Below, in pieces: positions 10,782 to 18,625 of a stretch of 64,000 nt of DNA; position 1 is the stretch's first letter; the number at the start of each line of letters is the position of its first letter. The notes below the pieces were generated by a model. That model ran no database searches. It was given only the letters and a program-made list of their open reading frames with translations, and was not told the DNA's origin. The position numbers and the translations under genes were made by a program. Source of the DNA: Candidatus Lloydbacteria bacterium RIFCSPHIGHO2_02_FULL_50_18 (GTDB lineage: Bacteria > Patescibacteriota > Minisyncoccia > Phycocordibacterales > UBA6899); assembly GCA_001821395.1 (NCBI GenBank), contig MHLM01000001.1, positions 1 through 64,000 of the forward strand, written 5' to 3'.

Positions 10782-11834
10782 ATGTCGAATCTTCAGAATA
10801 TTTATACCGTCGAAAGCGTCACGGAGGGACATCCCGACAAAATGTGCGATCAGATATCCGATGCGATACTCGATGCCTGTCTGGCACAGGACCCCAAGAG
10901 TCGTGTTGCGATCGAAAGTTTCGGCGCACACGGACTGCTCGTAATCGGCGGTGAGCTTACGACGGACGCGTCGATCGATGCCAAAGCGATTGCAGAAGAA
11001 GTATATCGCGATATCGGCTACACCGATGAATTAGAAATTATCACGCGCATTGTGCAGCAGTCTCCCGATATTGCGATGGGAGTCGATCAGGATGGTGCGG
11101 GTGATCAGGGGATCATGTATGGTTATGCGACGAATGAGACCGAGGAATATCTACCGAGCGGCATCACGCTGGTGCACAAGCTGACAAGCGGGTTAAGCGC
11201 ACTCCGAAAGAGCGGCGAACTTGAGTGGCTCCGACCCGACGGAAAAGCACAGGTGACCATTGAGAACGGTAGAGTGCGCACGGTTCTCGTTTCCACACAG
11301 CATGCCGATACACTCACGCAGCAAGAGATCAGGGCGTCGATCATCGACCGTTTGATCCGACCGCTCGTCGGCGATGTTGGGCATATCGAAATATTGGTCA
11401 ATCCGACAGGACGGTTCGTGCAGGGCGGTTTTGAGGCGGATACCGGTCTTACCGGCAGGAAGCTCATGGTTGATACGTATGGGGGCCTTGTGGCGCACGG
11501 AGGGGGTGCATTTTCCGGAAAGGACGCTACCAAGGTTGATCGTTCTGCCGCTTATATGGCACGATACGTCGCAAAAAATCTTGTTGCCAATAAGTTCGCA
11601 AATGAGGCAACAGTGTCGGTGGCCTATGCGATCGGACACCCGGAACCGCTTATGGTCTCGGCGCGTAATGAGCGCGGTGAAGATTTGAGCGATGCGGTCA
11701 AAAAACGATTTGATTTTCGTCCGAAAGCGATTATTCAACAATTGAACTTGCGACGTCCGATCTATCGGCAAACTGCATCATACGGGCACTTCGGAAAGGC
11801 TGGGCTCCCGTGGGAAGACGTCATCGTAATGTAA
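10782..11834 (+). CDS. metK: S-adenosylmethionine synthetase (compact, 350 aa)
   Basis: GHPDKMCDQISDA, GAGDQG and GGGAFSGKDATKVDRS motifs. Confidence 0.95.
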   Translation: MSNLQNIYTVESVTEGHPDKMCDQISDAILDACLAQDPKSRVAIESFGAHGLLVIGGELTTDASIDAKAIAEEVYRDIGYTDELEIITRIVQQSPDIAMGVDQDGAGDQGIMYGYATNETEEYLPSGITLVHKLTSGLSALRKSGELEWLRPDGKAQVTIENGRVRTVLVSTQHADTLTQQEIRASIIDRLIRPLVGDVGHIEILVNPTGRFVQGGFEADTGLTGRKLMVDTYGGLVAHGGGAFSGKDATKVDRSAAYMARYVAKNLVANKFANEATVSVAYAIGHPEPLMVSARNERGEDLSDAVKKRFDFRPKAIIQQLNLRRPIYRQTASYGHFGKAGLPWEDVIVM

Positions 11835-11975
11835 AATGACCAAGTAAACTCTTTAACTGAATTCAGGGGATGGCCGTTTCTTAATCGGAACCAGCCCCGC
11901 CCAGATCGCCTTGTCTGCAAGACTAGACACTTTGGAAAGGCCGGGCTCCCGTGGGAAGAGATCATCAGTTTATAG
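11781..11975. repeat. Direct duplication (~60 nt, ~85% identical) of the metK 3' end, about 100 nt downstream of the stop
   Basis: 11775-11834 (..ctgcatcatacgggcacttcggaaaggctgggctcccgtgggaagacgtcatcgtaatgtaa) recurs at 11918-11975 (..ctgcaagactagacactttggaaaggccgggctcccgtgggaagagatcatcagtttatag). Confidence 0.6.
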
Positions 11976-12010
11976 GATTATTACAACGGACCGTCCTTTG
12001 CATGTGTATC

Positions 12011-12037
12011 AAAAAACACTCCGCTTCATGCGGAGTG
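12011..12037 (-). terminator. Rho-independent terminator for the minus-strand membrane gene; its stop codon sits in the loop
   Basis: CACTCCGC-ttcat-GCGGAGTG with AAAAAA on the plus side, i.e. a T-run on the minus strand. Confidence 0.6.
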
Positions 12038-12550
12038 TGCTGTTTGGGGAAGCGGGTCACATGCATCAAGCATGAGGCATGCCCAGATAAGAATGGCGGT
12101 CACACTTGAAACTGCCATGTAGATAAGTACGATGATGTCGCCTATATGCTCGGGGAAACTCAGTGCAAGAAGACCAAATGATGCAAAAAGGAAAAGGATA
12201 CATACTGACATGGAGATCCGGATCCGGATGAAAATGCAATTTTCACGAGACGGGTTAGGTTCTTCGTACTCCATTCTTTCCCTCGCTTGCTCGAGCGCAT
12301 TGTTGCAATAGAAAAACGAAAGATAAAAACAATAACAACCGACTGCGAAGAGGATGACATTGCGAAACGTTTCCGTCGAAATGTGATGCGTCTCATCTAC
12401 GAACACGACGGCTGCGAACAGTACTGCAAGGAACCCCGTCAACAGCTTCAGCAAAAAATAATTTGTCAGACCCGTCACTCGTTCGATCCGTCGGCAGAAT
12501 TTTTCGATTGTCAGAATGCACAGCAGGTCAAAATTTACGAGCGTTTGCAT
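12026..12550 (-). CDS. Hypothetical polytopic membrane protein
   Basis: ORF 12026..12739. Start moved to the ATG at 12550 (MQTLVNF), which has a GGAG upstream and does not overlap phoH2. Four or five hydrophobic helices. Confidence 0.6.
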   Translation of the reverse strand: MQTLVNFDLLCILTIEKFCRRIERVTGLTNYFLLKLLTGFLAVLFAAVVFVDETHHISTETFRNVILFAVGCYCFYLSFFYCNNALEQARERMEYEEPNPSRENCIFIRIRISMSVCILFLFASFGLLALSFPEHIGDIIVLIYMAVSSVTAILIWACLMLDACDPLPQTAHSA

Positions 12551-12581
12551 ATTGGCTTTCTCCGTGGAATGCTCTTTCCTC

Positions 12582-12610
12582 TTGATAGCACTTGGAGCAT
12601 CCTTGTCAAC
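12582..12610 (-). promoter_or_regulatory. Putative promoter for the membrane gene (minus strand)
   Basis: Minus-strand TTGACA - 17 nt - TATCAA, followed by GGAGAAAG and the ATG. Confidence 0.35.
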
Positions 12611-12623
12611 GTATGCATGGAAT

Positions 12624-12650
12624 AAAAAAAGCCGGATCAGGTGATCCGGC
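12624..12650 (-). terminator. Rho-independent terminator after the PIN-PhoH gene
   Basis: GCCGGATCA-GG-TGATCCGGC perfect palindrome with a run of seven A on the plus side, i.e. a T-run on the minus strand. Confidence 0.7.
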
Positions 12651-12660
12651 TTAATGCTGT

Positions 12661-14115
12661 TTAGAGCACTTGTTCCGCGAATGCCGCGAGCCGTGAGCGC
12701 TCGCAGTCCGGCAGCGTAATGTGCCCGCCGAACGGCCAACCTTTGAAACGATCAACCACATAGGTGAGACCCGAGCTGCCTTCCGTCAAATATGGCGTAT
12801 CGATCTGCGCCAGATTTCCGAGAAACACGATCTTCGTTCCGGGGCCGGCACGCGTGATAAGCGTTTTTGCCTGCTTCGGTGTGAGATTTTGCGCCTCATC
12901 GATGATGACGTATTTGTTGAGGAAGGTCCTGCCACGCATGAAGTTCATGGACTTGATCTTCACGCGGTCGCTCAGACTCTTGTTTGCGCGCACGTCAGTG
13001 GCGACACCCGATGCCTTCGCACTATGCATCTTGAGCAATGTCTCCGGATTTGAGTTCAGCACCTCCATATTGTCGGTGAGTGCACCCATCCACGGCCCCA
13101 TTTTTTCTTCTTCGGTGCCAGGGAGAAATCCGATATCTTCACCGACGGAAACGGTTGCCCGCGTCATGATGATGTCGTTTTTCCCTGCCAGCCCCGCTGC
13201 CAACGCGAGAAGTGTTTTCCCTGTGCCGGCAATACCAACTAGGCTGACGAAGTCGACGTCCGGATCCATGAGCAGATTGAACGCAAAATTCTGCTCACGA
13301 TTGCGTGCCAATATGCCCATCACCGCGTGTTCTTTTGATCCATAATCCGTCAGGACCCGAAGAGTTGCCGTGTCGTCAGAAGTCTCCGTCACGATCGCAT
13401 AAAAGGGCTGATCACCGCTCTCGTGGTAGACGAACTGATGCACCAGCATTTTTTCGCAGATCTTCCCTGTAATGGCACACTCGCGTCCTTTTTGGCTCCA
13501 CTCCACTTCGGTGGTATTCCAAAAATTTTTCGGCAATTCAAGCGCGCCGGTATGCAAGAGGTCGATGTCCTGAAGGACCTTGTCGTTTTTATAGTCTTCG
13601 ACCGGCAGGCCAAGAGCTCGAGCCTTCACGCGCATATTGATGTCATTAGACACCAAGACGACGTGGCGGTCGGGTTCGCGCTCACACAAAGCCTGCACTA
13701 CACCCAAGATCTGGTTATCGGCCTCTCCGTCCGGAAGTCCTTTTGGTAGCTTTACGTCAGCAAGATCTGTCTGGAAAAAAAGTTTTCCGGTCGCATCGAG
13801 ATGACCCGTGCTATTGAGAGGAAATCCCTTCGACATCGTAGCACTGTTGTGCTTAGCGATCTTTGACGACAAGGCATCAAGGTCGCGCATCACTCGGCGT
13901 ACGTTGCGTGCTTCTTCGGTCAGGCCGCGCTTGTGTCTGTCTAGTTCCTGAAGAATGATCATGGGGAGATAGACATCGTGTTCTTCAAAACGGAAGAGTG
14001 CTGACGGGTCATGCATGAGGACGTTCGTGTCGAGCACGAACAGACTCGTTTGCTTCAGCGCGGTGCGCTTAGGTGCAGCAGTGCGCTTTGTAGCCTTGCT
14101 TTTTTCTTCGGTCAT
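12661..14115 (-). CDS. PhoH2-type protein: N-terminal PIN domain fused to a PhoH-like P-loop ATPase
   Basis: LFVLDTNVLMHDP (PIN) followed by GIAGTGKTLLALAAG (Walker A) and YVIIDEAQNL (Walker B). Start at MTEEK is supported by GAGGAG 6 nt upstream; the ORF extends to 14154. Confidence 0.85.
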   Translation of the reverse strand: MTEEKSKATKRTAAPKRTALKQTSLFVLDTNVLMHDPSALFRFEEHDVYLPMIILQELDRHKRGLTEEARNVRRVMRDLDALSSKIAKHNSATMSKGFPLNSTGHLDATGKLFFQTDLADVKLPKGLPDGEADNQILGVVQALCEREPDRHVVLVSNDINMRVKARALGLPVEDYKNDKVLQDIDLLHTGALELPKNFWNTTEVEWSQKGRECAITGKICEKMLVHQFVYHESGDQPFYAIVTETSDDTATLRVLTDYGSKEHAVMGILARNREQNFAFNLLMDPDVDFVSLVGIAGTGKTLLALAAGLAGKNDIIMTRATVSVGEDIGFLPGTEEEKMGPWMGALTDNMEVLNSNPETLLKMHSAKASGVATDVRANKSLSDRVKIKSMNFMRGRTFLNKYVIIDEAQNLTPKQAKTLITRAGPGTKIVFLGNLAQIDTPYLTEGSSGLTYVVDRFKGWPFGGHITLPDCERSRLAAFAEQVL

Positions 14116-14231
14116 TTTGACTCCTCGATTGGTTGATGAAACGTACTTCCTCACTCAAACTACAACGATTTCATATTTACGCAAGCCCCATCTATGCTAC
14201 AATAGACGGGAAGTAGCATACTGCACTAATA

Positions 14232-16049
14232 ATGGAGCAAGAACCACTACAATCAGGGAAAAGCTTTCTTAAGGAGACAGGTCAGCCGCATGGTGGAACT
14301 GTTTTTCTGATCTTGACCCCGCTCATTCTTTGCGTCGGGGCGATCGGTACGGGTTGGCTTGTCTATTGGCTTCCGAAAACCGCTTATGCGGGTTCATCTT
14401 GGCAGATCATTAGCGCGGTCGTGGCAGTCCAAGCATTTCTTCTTACTTTCCTGCTTTTTTTGGTATTCCCCAAATATCGTGAATTTTCCGATCAGGCAAG
14501 CACCATTATAGAAGCGACCGCAGTCAAAGGGGAACGCTATGTGCGCGCACTCAGCGGATCGGGTCTTGGATATTGGGATCTCGATATTGAAACCGGTGAG
14601 GTGTTTATGTCCGCAAGTATGATGAGCATGCTCGGTTATTCCGACCGTGATCGACTGGATAATTTTCAGTTCTGGTTGAATAGCGTTCATCCTGATGACG
14701 CCGAAGGTCTTAAGCGTACGATGGAATATCATATCGACAAACGTACTCCCGACTATTCCATTGAGTACCGCATAAAAAGAGCGAACGGGGAATATGTTTG
14801 GGTCGCCGATAAGGGGAGGGCGATAACCGATGTTACGACCGGAAAGACGATCAAGCTTGCAGGTGTCACTCAAGATGTTTCTAATGTGAAACGCGTCCAG
14901 GAGGTGCTTGAAAGCCGAACACTCGAACTCGAAGAAGCGCAGAACAAGATCGAGCAGGAGATGCAAAATGTACGAAAGTTTCAGAAGGCCGTTGACTCAT
15001 CGACGGAGGCGGTATCGATCACCACACCGGACGGAGCGATCGTTTATGTTAATCCTGCTTGGTCGGCATTGAACGGGTTCACTGAAGCTGAAGCGTTAGG
15101 AAGAAATCCGCGGTTGCTGAAAAGCGAAGATACCAAAACGGACATTTTTGTCGCCATGTGGGAGAAGATTGCTGCGGGTGTTCCATTTCATACCGAAGAT
15201 GTCATGAATCGTCGGAAGGATGGATCGGTCTATCAGGCAGAATTGTCTATTTTTCCGATCCGTGAGGGAGCACAGACGTTGTTTTATGTCGCGCTTACTC
15301 AGGACATCACCTTACGCAAAGACGTCGATCGCGCGAAGACTGAATTCGTATCGCTTGCTTCGCATCAGTTGCGCACGCCGCTTTCCGCCATTCGTTGGTA
15401 TTCGGAAATGTTGCTGTCCAAATATGTTGGAGAGCTGAACGAAAAACAGCGTCAGTATGTGAAGGAGATCTACTCGGGGAACCTGCGAATGGTTGAGCTC
15501 GTCAATGCGTTGCTCAACGTATCACGCATCGACCTCGGTACGTTTGCCGTTGAGCCTGAGCCGGTCAATCTCGTGGAGATCTGCGACAGCGTCATCATGG
15601 AACTTACCCCCGGGATCAATGAACGTAAGCAGACCATCGAGCGGATCTATGCGAGCGCCCCCGGAACATATATTGCTGATCCGAAGCTGATCCGTATTGT
15701 ATTTCAAAATTTCCTTTCCAATGCGGTCAAGTATACGCAGCCGGAAGGTCACGTTGCAGTGGAGATCGCGACAAAGGAAAATAACCTCTACATCCGCGTA
15801 ACCGACAACGGATACGGTATTCCTAAGGCGCAACACTCAAAAATCTTTGAAAAACTCTTCCGGGCTGACAATGTTCGGCAAAAGGATACGGAAGGGACAG
15901 GACTCGGAATGTATATCGTGAAAGCAATCGTCGAATCGTCGGGAGGTAAGATATGGTTCGATTCGGAGGAAAATCAGGGTACGACATTCCATGTTTTGTT
16001 GCCGATGAGCGGTATGACCAAAAAGTCAGGAATGAAGGGACTTTCGTAG
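14232..16049 (+). CDS. Membrane-anchored PAS-domain sensor histidine kinase (two PAS, HisKA, HATPase_c)
   Basis: Two N-terminal TM helices, PAS-like repeats, H-box ASHQLRTPLSAIRWYSEML, N-box NAVKYT and G-boxes DNGYGIP / GTGLGMYIV. Confidence 0.9.
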   Translation: MEQEPLQSGKSFLKETGQPHGGTVFLILTPLILCVGAIGTGWLVYWLPKTAYAGSSWQIISAVVAVQAFLLTFLLFLVFPKYREFSDQASTIIEATAVKGERYVRALSGSGLGYWDLDIETGEVFMSASMMSMLGYSDRDRLDNFQFWLNSVHPDDAEGLKRTMEYHIDKRTPDYSIEYRIKRANGEYVWVADKGRAITDVTTGKTIKLAGVTQDVSNVKRVQEVLESRTLELEEAQNKIEQEMQNVRKFQKAVDSSTEAVSITTPDGAIVYVNPAWSALNGFTEAEALGRNPRLLKSEDTKTDIFVAMWEKIAAGVPFHTEDVMNRRKDGSVYQAELSIFPIREGAQTLFYVALTQDITLRKDVDRAKTEFVSLASHQLRTPLSAIRWYSEMLLSKYVGELNEKQRQYVKEIYSGNLRMVELVNALLNVSRIDLGTFAVEPEPVNLVEICDSVIMELTPGINERKQTIERIYASAPGTYIADPKLIRIVFQNFLSNAVKYTQPEGHVAVEIATKENNLYIRVTDNGYGIPKAQHSKIFEKLFRADNVRQKDTEGTGLGMYIVKAIVESSGGKIWFDSEENQGTTFHVLLPMSGMTKKSGMKGLS

Positions 16050-16117
16050 CGCGGATACGCACTGTTCGCATAAAAAGGAACATGGTAGGATAAGTATGTA
16101 TGGAAGAAGAAAAAAAA

Positions 16118-16507
16118 ATGAGAATATTGATACTTGAGGATGAACGCCAGCTTGCGAAAGCGGTGCGTGACGCTTTCACCGATCGTGGATTTGAAGCGAT
16201 CGTCGTTGCAACGGTGGGTGACGGTATCAAGCAACTGGAAAATCTTAAAATGGTCGACATTATTTGGCTGGATCACTACCTTCTCGGTGCGGAGAATGGC
16301 CTCGATTTTGTCGTACAACTCAAAAACCATTCGTCCTGGAAGAATATCCCGATCTTTGTTGTATCGAATAATGCAACAACGACCAATATCCGTTCCTATA
16401 TTCAGCTCGGTGTCACAAACTATTATACGAAAGCAGACTATGACATCAGTCAGATCATCAATGATATCAAGTATGCCCTTGCTCAAAAGGCATCGGCGCA
16501 GGCATAA
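16118..16507 (+). CDS. Single-domain response regulator (CheY-like receiver), copy 1
   Basis: ILILEDE acidic pocket, phospho-acceptor Asp in IIWLDHY, VVSNN and YYTKAD (conserved Ser/Lys). No output domain. ORF could start at 16100. Confidence 0.85.
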   Translation: MRILILEDERQLAKAVRDAFTDRGFEAIVVATVGDGIKQLENLKMVDIIWLDHYLLGAENGLDFVVQLKNHSSWKNIPIFVVSNNATTTNIRSYIQLGVTNYYTKADYDISQIINDIKYALAQKASAQA

Positions 16508-16516
16508 CATTACACC

Positions 16517-16915
16517 ATGAGTGAACTACTTAATAAAAAAATACTGATCGTTGAAGATGAAGCGCCGCTCCGCAACGCGGTTACCGATATCCTCACGTTT
16601 GAGGGGTTTACAGTCTTTCAAGGAAAAAACGGGCAAGAGGGTCTCGACATCGCGCTCCGTGAACATCCCGACCTGATCCTTCTTGATCTCATGATGCCTG
16701 TCATGGACGGCCTCACGATGCTTGAGAAATTACGGCTCGATCCCGACTACGGAAAATCCGCAGCGGTTATCCTGCTCACCAATATCAACGATCCTGAAAA
16801 GGTCGCTCAGGCGACAGAAGCCGGTTCGTATGATTTTTTGGTGAAGTCTGACTGGAATATTGAAGATGTGGTGAAAAAAATAAAAGGCAGACTGAGCATT
16901 GGTATTGCCGAGTGA
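16517..16915 (+). CDS. Single-domain response regulator (CheY-like receiver), copy 2
   Basis: ILIVEDE, LILLDLMMPVMDG, LLTN and LVKSD receiver motifs. Confidence 0.9.
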   Translation: MSELLNKKILIVEDEAPLRNAVTDILTFEGFTVFQGKNGQEGLDIALREHPDLILLDLMMPVMDGLTMLEKLRLDPDYGKSAAVILLTNINDPEKVAQATEAGSYDFLVKSDWNIEDVVKKIKGRLSIGIAE

Positions 16916-16961
16916 TCACCGTCGATCACTTACTTTTTTTCTCATCAAGAGAACGAATGAT

Positions 16962-17339
16962 ATGAGTAAAAAACACATTCTAATTGTTGACGATGAAGCG
17001 GCGCTCCGGCAGGTGCTTGAGGACAGGCTTCTCGATGAGGGTTTTATTGTCACAAAGGCCGTCAACGGGAAGGAGGGATTAAGTCTCGCGCTCGAAAAAC
17101 GTCCCGATCTTATCTTGCTTGATATCATGATGCCGATCATGGATGGATTGACCATGCTTGAAGACCTGAGGAGGGATAATGAATACGGAAACTCTGTACC
17201 CGTTATACTGCTCACGAACATCAACGATCATGATAAAGTTGAACGGGCTAGAGCGGCGGGCTCACACGACTGCCTGATGAAATCCGATTGGGACCTGTCG
17301 GACGTGTTAAAGAAGATCAGAGCGATTCTCACCGTGTAG
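16962..17339 (+). CDS. Single-domain response regulator (CheY-like receiver), copy 3 (paralog of copy 2)
   Basis: ILIVDDE, LILLDIMMPIMDG, LLTN and LMKSD. About 60% identical to copy 2. Confidence 0.9.
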   Translation: MSKKHILIVDDEAALRQVLEDRLLDEGFIVTKAVNGKEGLSLALEKRPDLILLDIMMPIMDGLTMLEDLRRDNEYGNSVPVILLTNINDHDKVERARAAGSHDCLMKSDWDLSDVLKKIRAILTV

Positions 17340-17380
17340 TTTTTACCAATAGAAAATTAACAGATTATATCCACCCTACT

Positions 17381-17614
17381 ATGTTCAAAGAATTCTTGAT
17401 GAAAAAGCTCATCGCATCGAAGCTCGGAAATATGCCGAAGGAGCAGCAAGAAAAGATCATTGGTCTTGTCACAAAGAATCCGAAACTGTTCGAGGAGATC
17501 GCACTCAAGATCAAAAAGAAGACCGATGCCGGTGCGAACCAGATGATGGCAACCACAACGGTCATGAAAGAATACGCTCCGCAGATCCAGAAGCTGATGG
17601 CAGGATCGGATTAG
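17381..17614 (+). CDS. Small lysine-rich helical hypothetical protein (no His, so not an Hpt)
   Basis: ORF 17288..17614 trimmed to the ATG at 17381 after the upstream receiver gene. No SD and no family recognised. Confidence 0.4.
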   Translation: MFKEFLMKKLIASKLGNMPKEQQEKIIGLVTKNPKLFEEIALKIKKKTDAGANQMMATTTVMKEYAPQIQKLMAGSD

Positions 17615-17646
17615 CCTTTTTCACATAATAGAGAATCTGCAAAATA

Positions 17647-17675
17647 AAAACCCCTCATAGAGGGGTTTTGTTTTG
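17647..17675. terminator. Bidirectional rho-independent terminator between convergent genes
   Basis: AAAAACCCCTC-ATA-GAGGGGTTTTGTTTT. Confidence 0.7.
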
Positions 17676-17684
17676 ACGGTTGTC

Positions 17685-18515
17685 TTATGAAGCGAAAAAA
17701 TATACGCACGCATAAATTATTGTCGAAATGACACCTGAGATTAATATATCAACCGGTGTTATTGGGTACATATATTCATGACGATACGAAGGAGATTTGC
17801 ACATGCGACCCTCAAAAAGGTTCGCCTGTGACACTATTGCACACATCCATTGCTCTGTGCGTCGTTCTTCAAAAAACATTTTTTCCTCTTCGTACTGTGT
17901 CAATTCCTTTTCGCATTCAGTTTTAAAACGCTCGACACTCAAGCCTTTAGATATCCACATTTCACGCTGCTTATGTGCATACCGATCACCTGCCCGTTTA
18001 ATTTTCTGATCAGCGAAAAGCTTTTCACGATCTCCACGTTGGCGAAGCACGGGTACAAGAAGAAGTGCGACAAGCATTGGAGACAATACGAGTAGCATAA
18101 AGACAAACCCAAGTATTGTTAGCATGAACATGATAAGCTCAACGTCGACCCCCGAATTCACCCCAGTGCCTTCATCATTGTCACTCCTTGATGATTTGTA
18201 GCTACTTGCACTGCCCCCACTACTACTTGAGGTGGTGCTGCTTTCCGAATTTTTTGGAGAAGGGGAATTCCATCCACTATTGAAACCCGACTTATATTGC
18301 TCACTTCCGAGTAGGTCTCCAAAAAATTGATGATCTGCCCCGTCCTTCTGACCTCGCGCATTGTCATATCCATTGTTATAGGTTTCGACTCTGGATTTCC
18401 ATTCCTGGGTTGATTCTCCCGGAATCGGCCACGGCTCATGTCGATCGGAACCACTTGCGCCGTCCTTCTCGCCGTTGTTGTGACTCGTCTGTTTCGGATT
18501 GTCAAAGAATCCCAT
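17685..18515 (-). CDS. Hypothetical membrane protein with a Gly/Ser/Asn-rich low-complexity N-terminal region
   Basis: AGGAGG lies 7 nt upstream of the ATG on the minus strand. About 120 aa of G/S/N-rich sequence are followed by a TM helix (LIMFMLTILGFVFMLLVLSPMLVALLLV), a charged domain and a C-terminal hydrophobic helix. Confidence 0.65.
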   Translation of the reverse strand: MGFFDNPKQTSHNNGEKDGASGSDRHEPWPIPGESTQEWKSRVETYNNGYDNARGQKDGADHQFFGDLLGSEQYKSGFNSGWNSPSPKNSESSTTSSSSGGSASSYKSSRSDNDEGTGVNSGVDVELIMFMLTILGFVFMLLVLSPMLVALLLVPVLRQRGDREKLFADQKIKRAGDRYAHKQREMWISKGLSVERFKTECEKELTQYEEEKMFFEERRTEQWMCAIVSQANLFEGRMCKSPSYRHEYMYPITPVDILISGVISTIIYACVYFFAS

Positions 18516-18585
18516 GGCACACCTCCTTTAAAAAATTACGTCTAAATTCATAATAACACGCATGTGGTAATCACGCAAGGGTTCA

Positions 18586-18618
18586 ATAAAAAGACCCGAA
18601 CTATAATGGCTCGGGTCT
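18586..18618 (-). terminator. Rho-independent terminator after the Pat-like gene
   Basis: AGACCCGA-N11-TCGGGTCT with AAAAA on the plus side, i.e. a T-run on the minus strand. Confidence 0.55.
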
Positions 18619-18625
18619 ATAACTG

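Noticed and set aside
11762-11965. Minus-strand ORF (67 aa) with internally repeated SSHGSPAFPKC
   Set aside because: It is an antisense reading of the duplicated metK 3' end. The peptide repeat only mirrors the DNA repeat, and the ORF overlaps metK.
11775-11975. Diversity-generating retroelement (VR/TR pair) as the explanation for the metK and alaS terminal duplications
   Set aside because: Mismatches between the copies are not adenine-specific, the repeats are only ~60 nt, the targets are housekeeping enzymes, and no reverse transcriptase gene is in the window.
15974-16510. 178-aa minus-strand ORF overlapping the kinase 3' end and the first receiver gene
   Set aside because: Antisense to two well-supported genes, with no homology.
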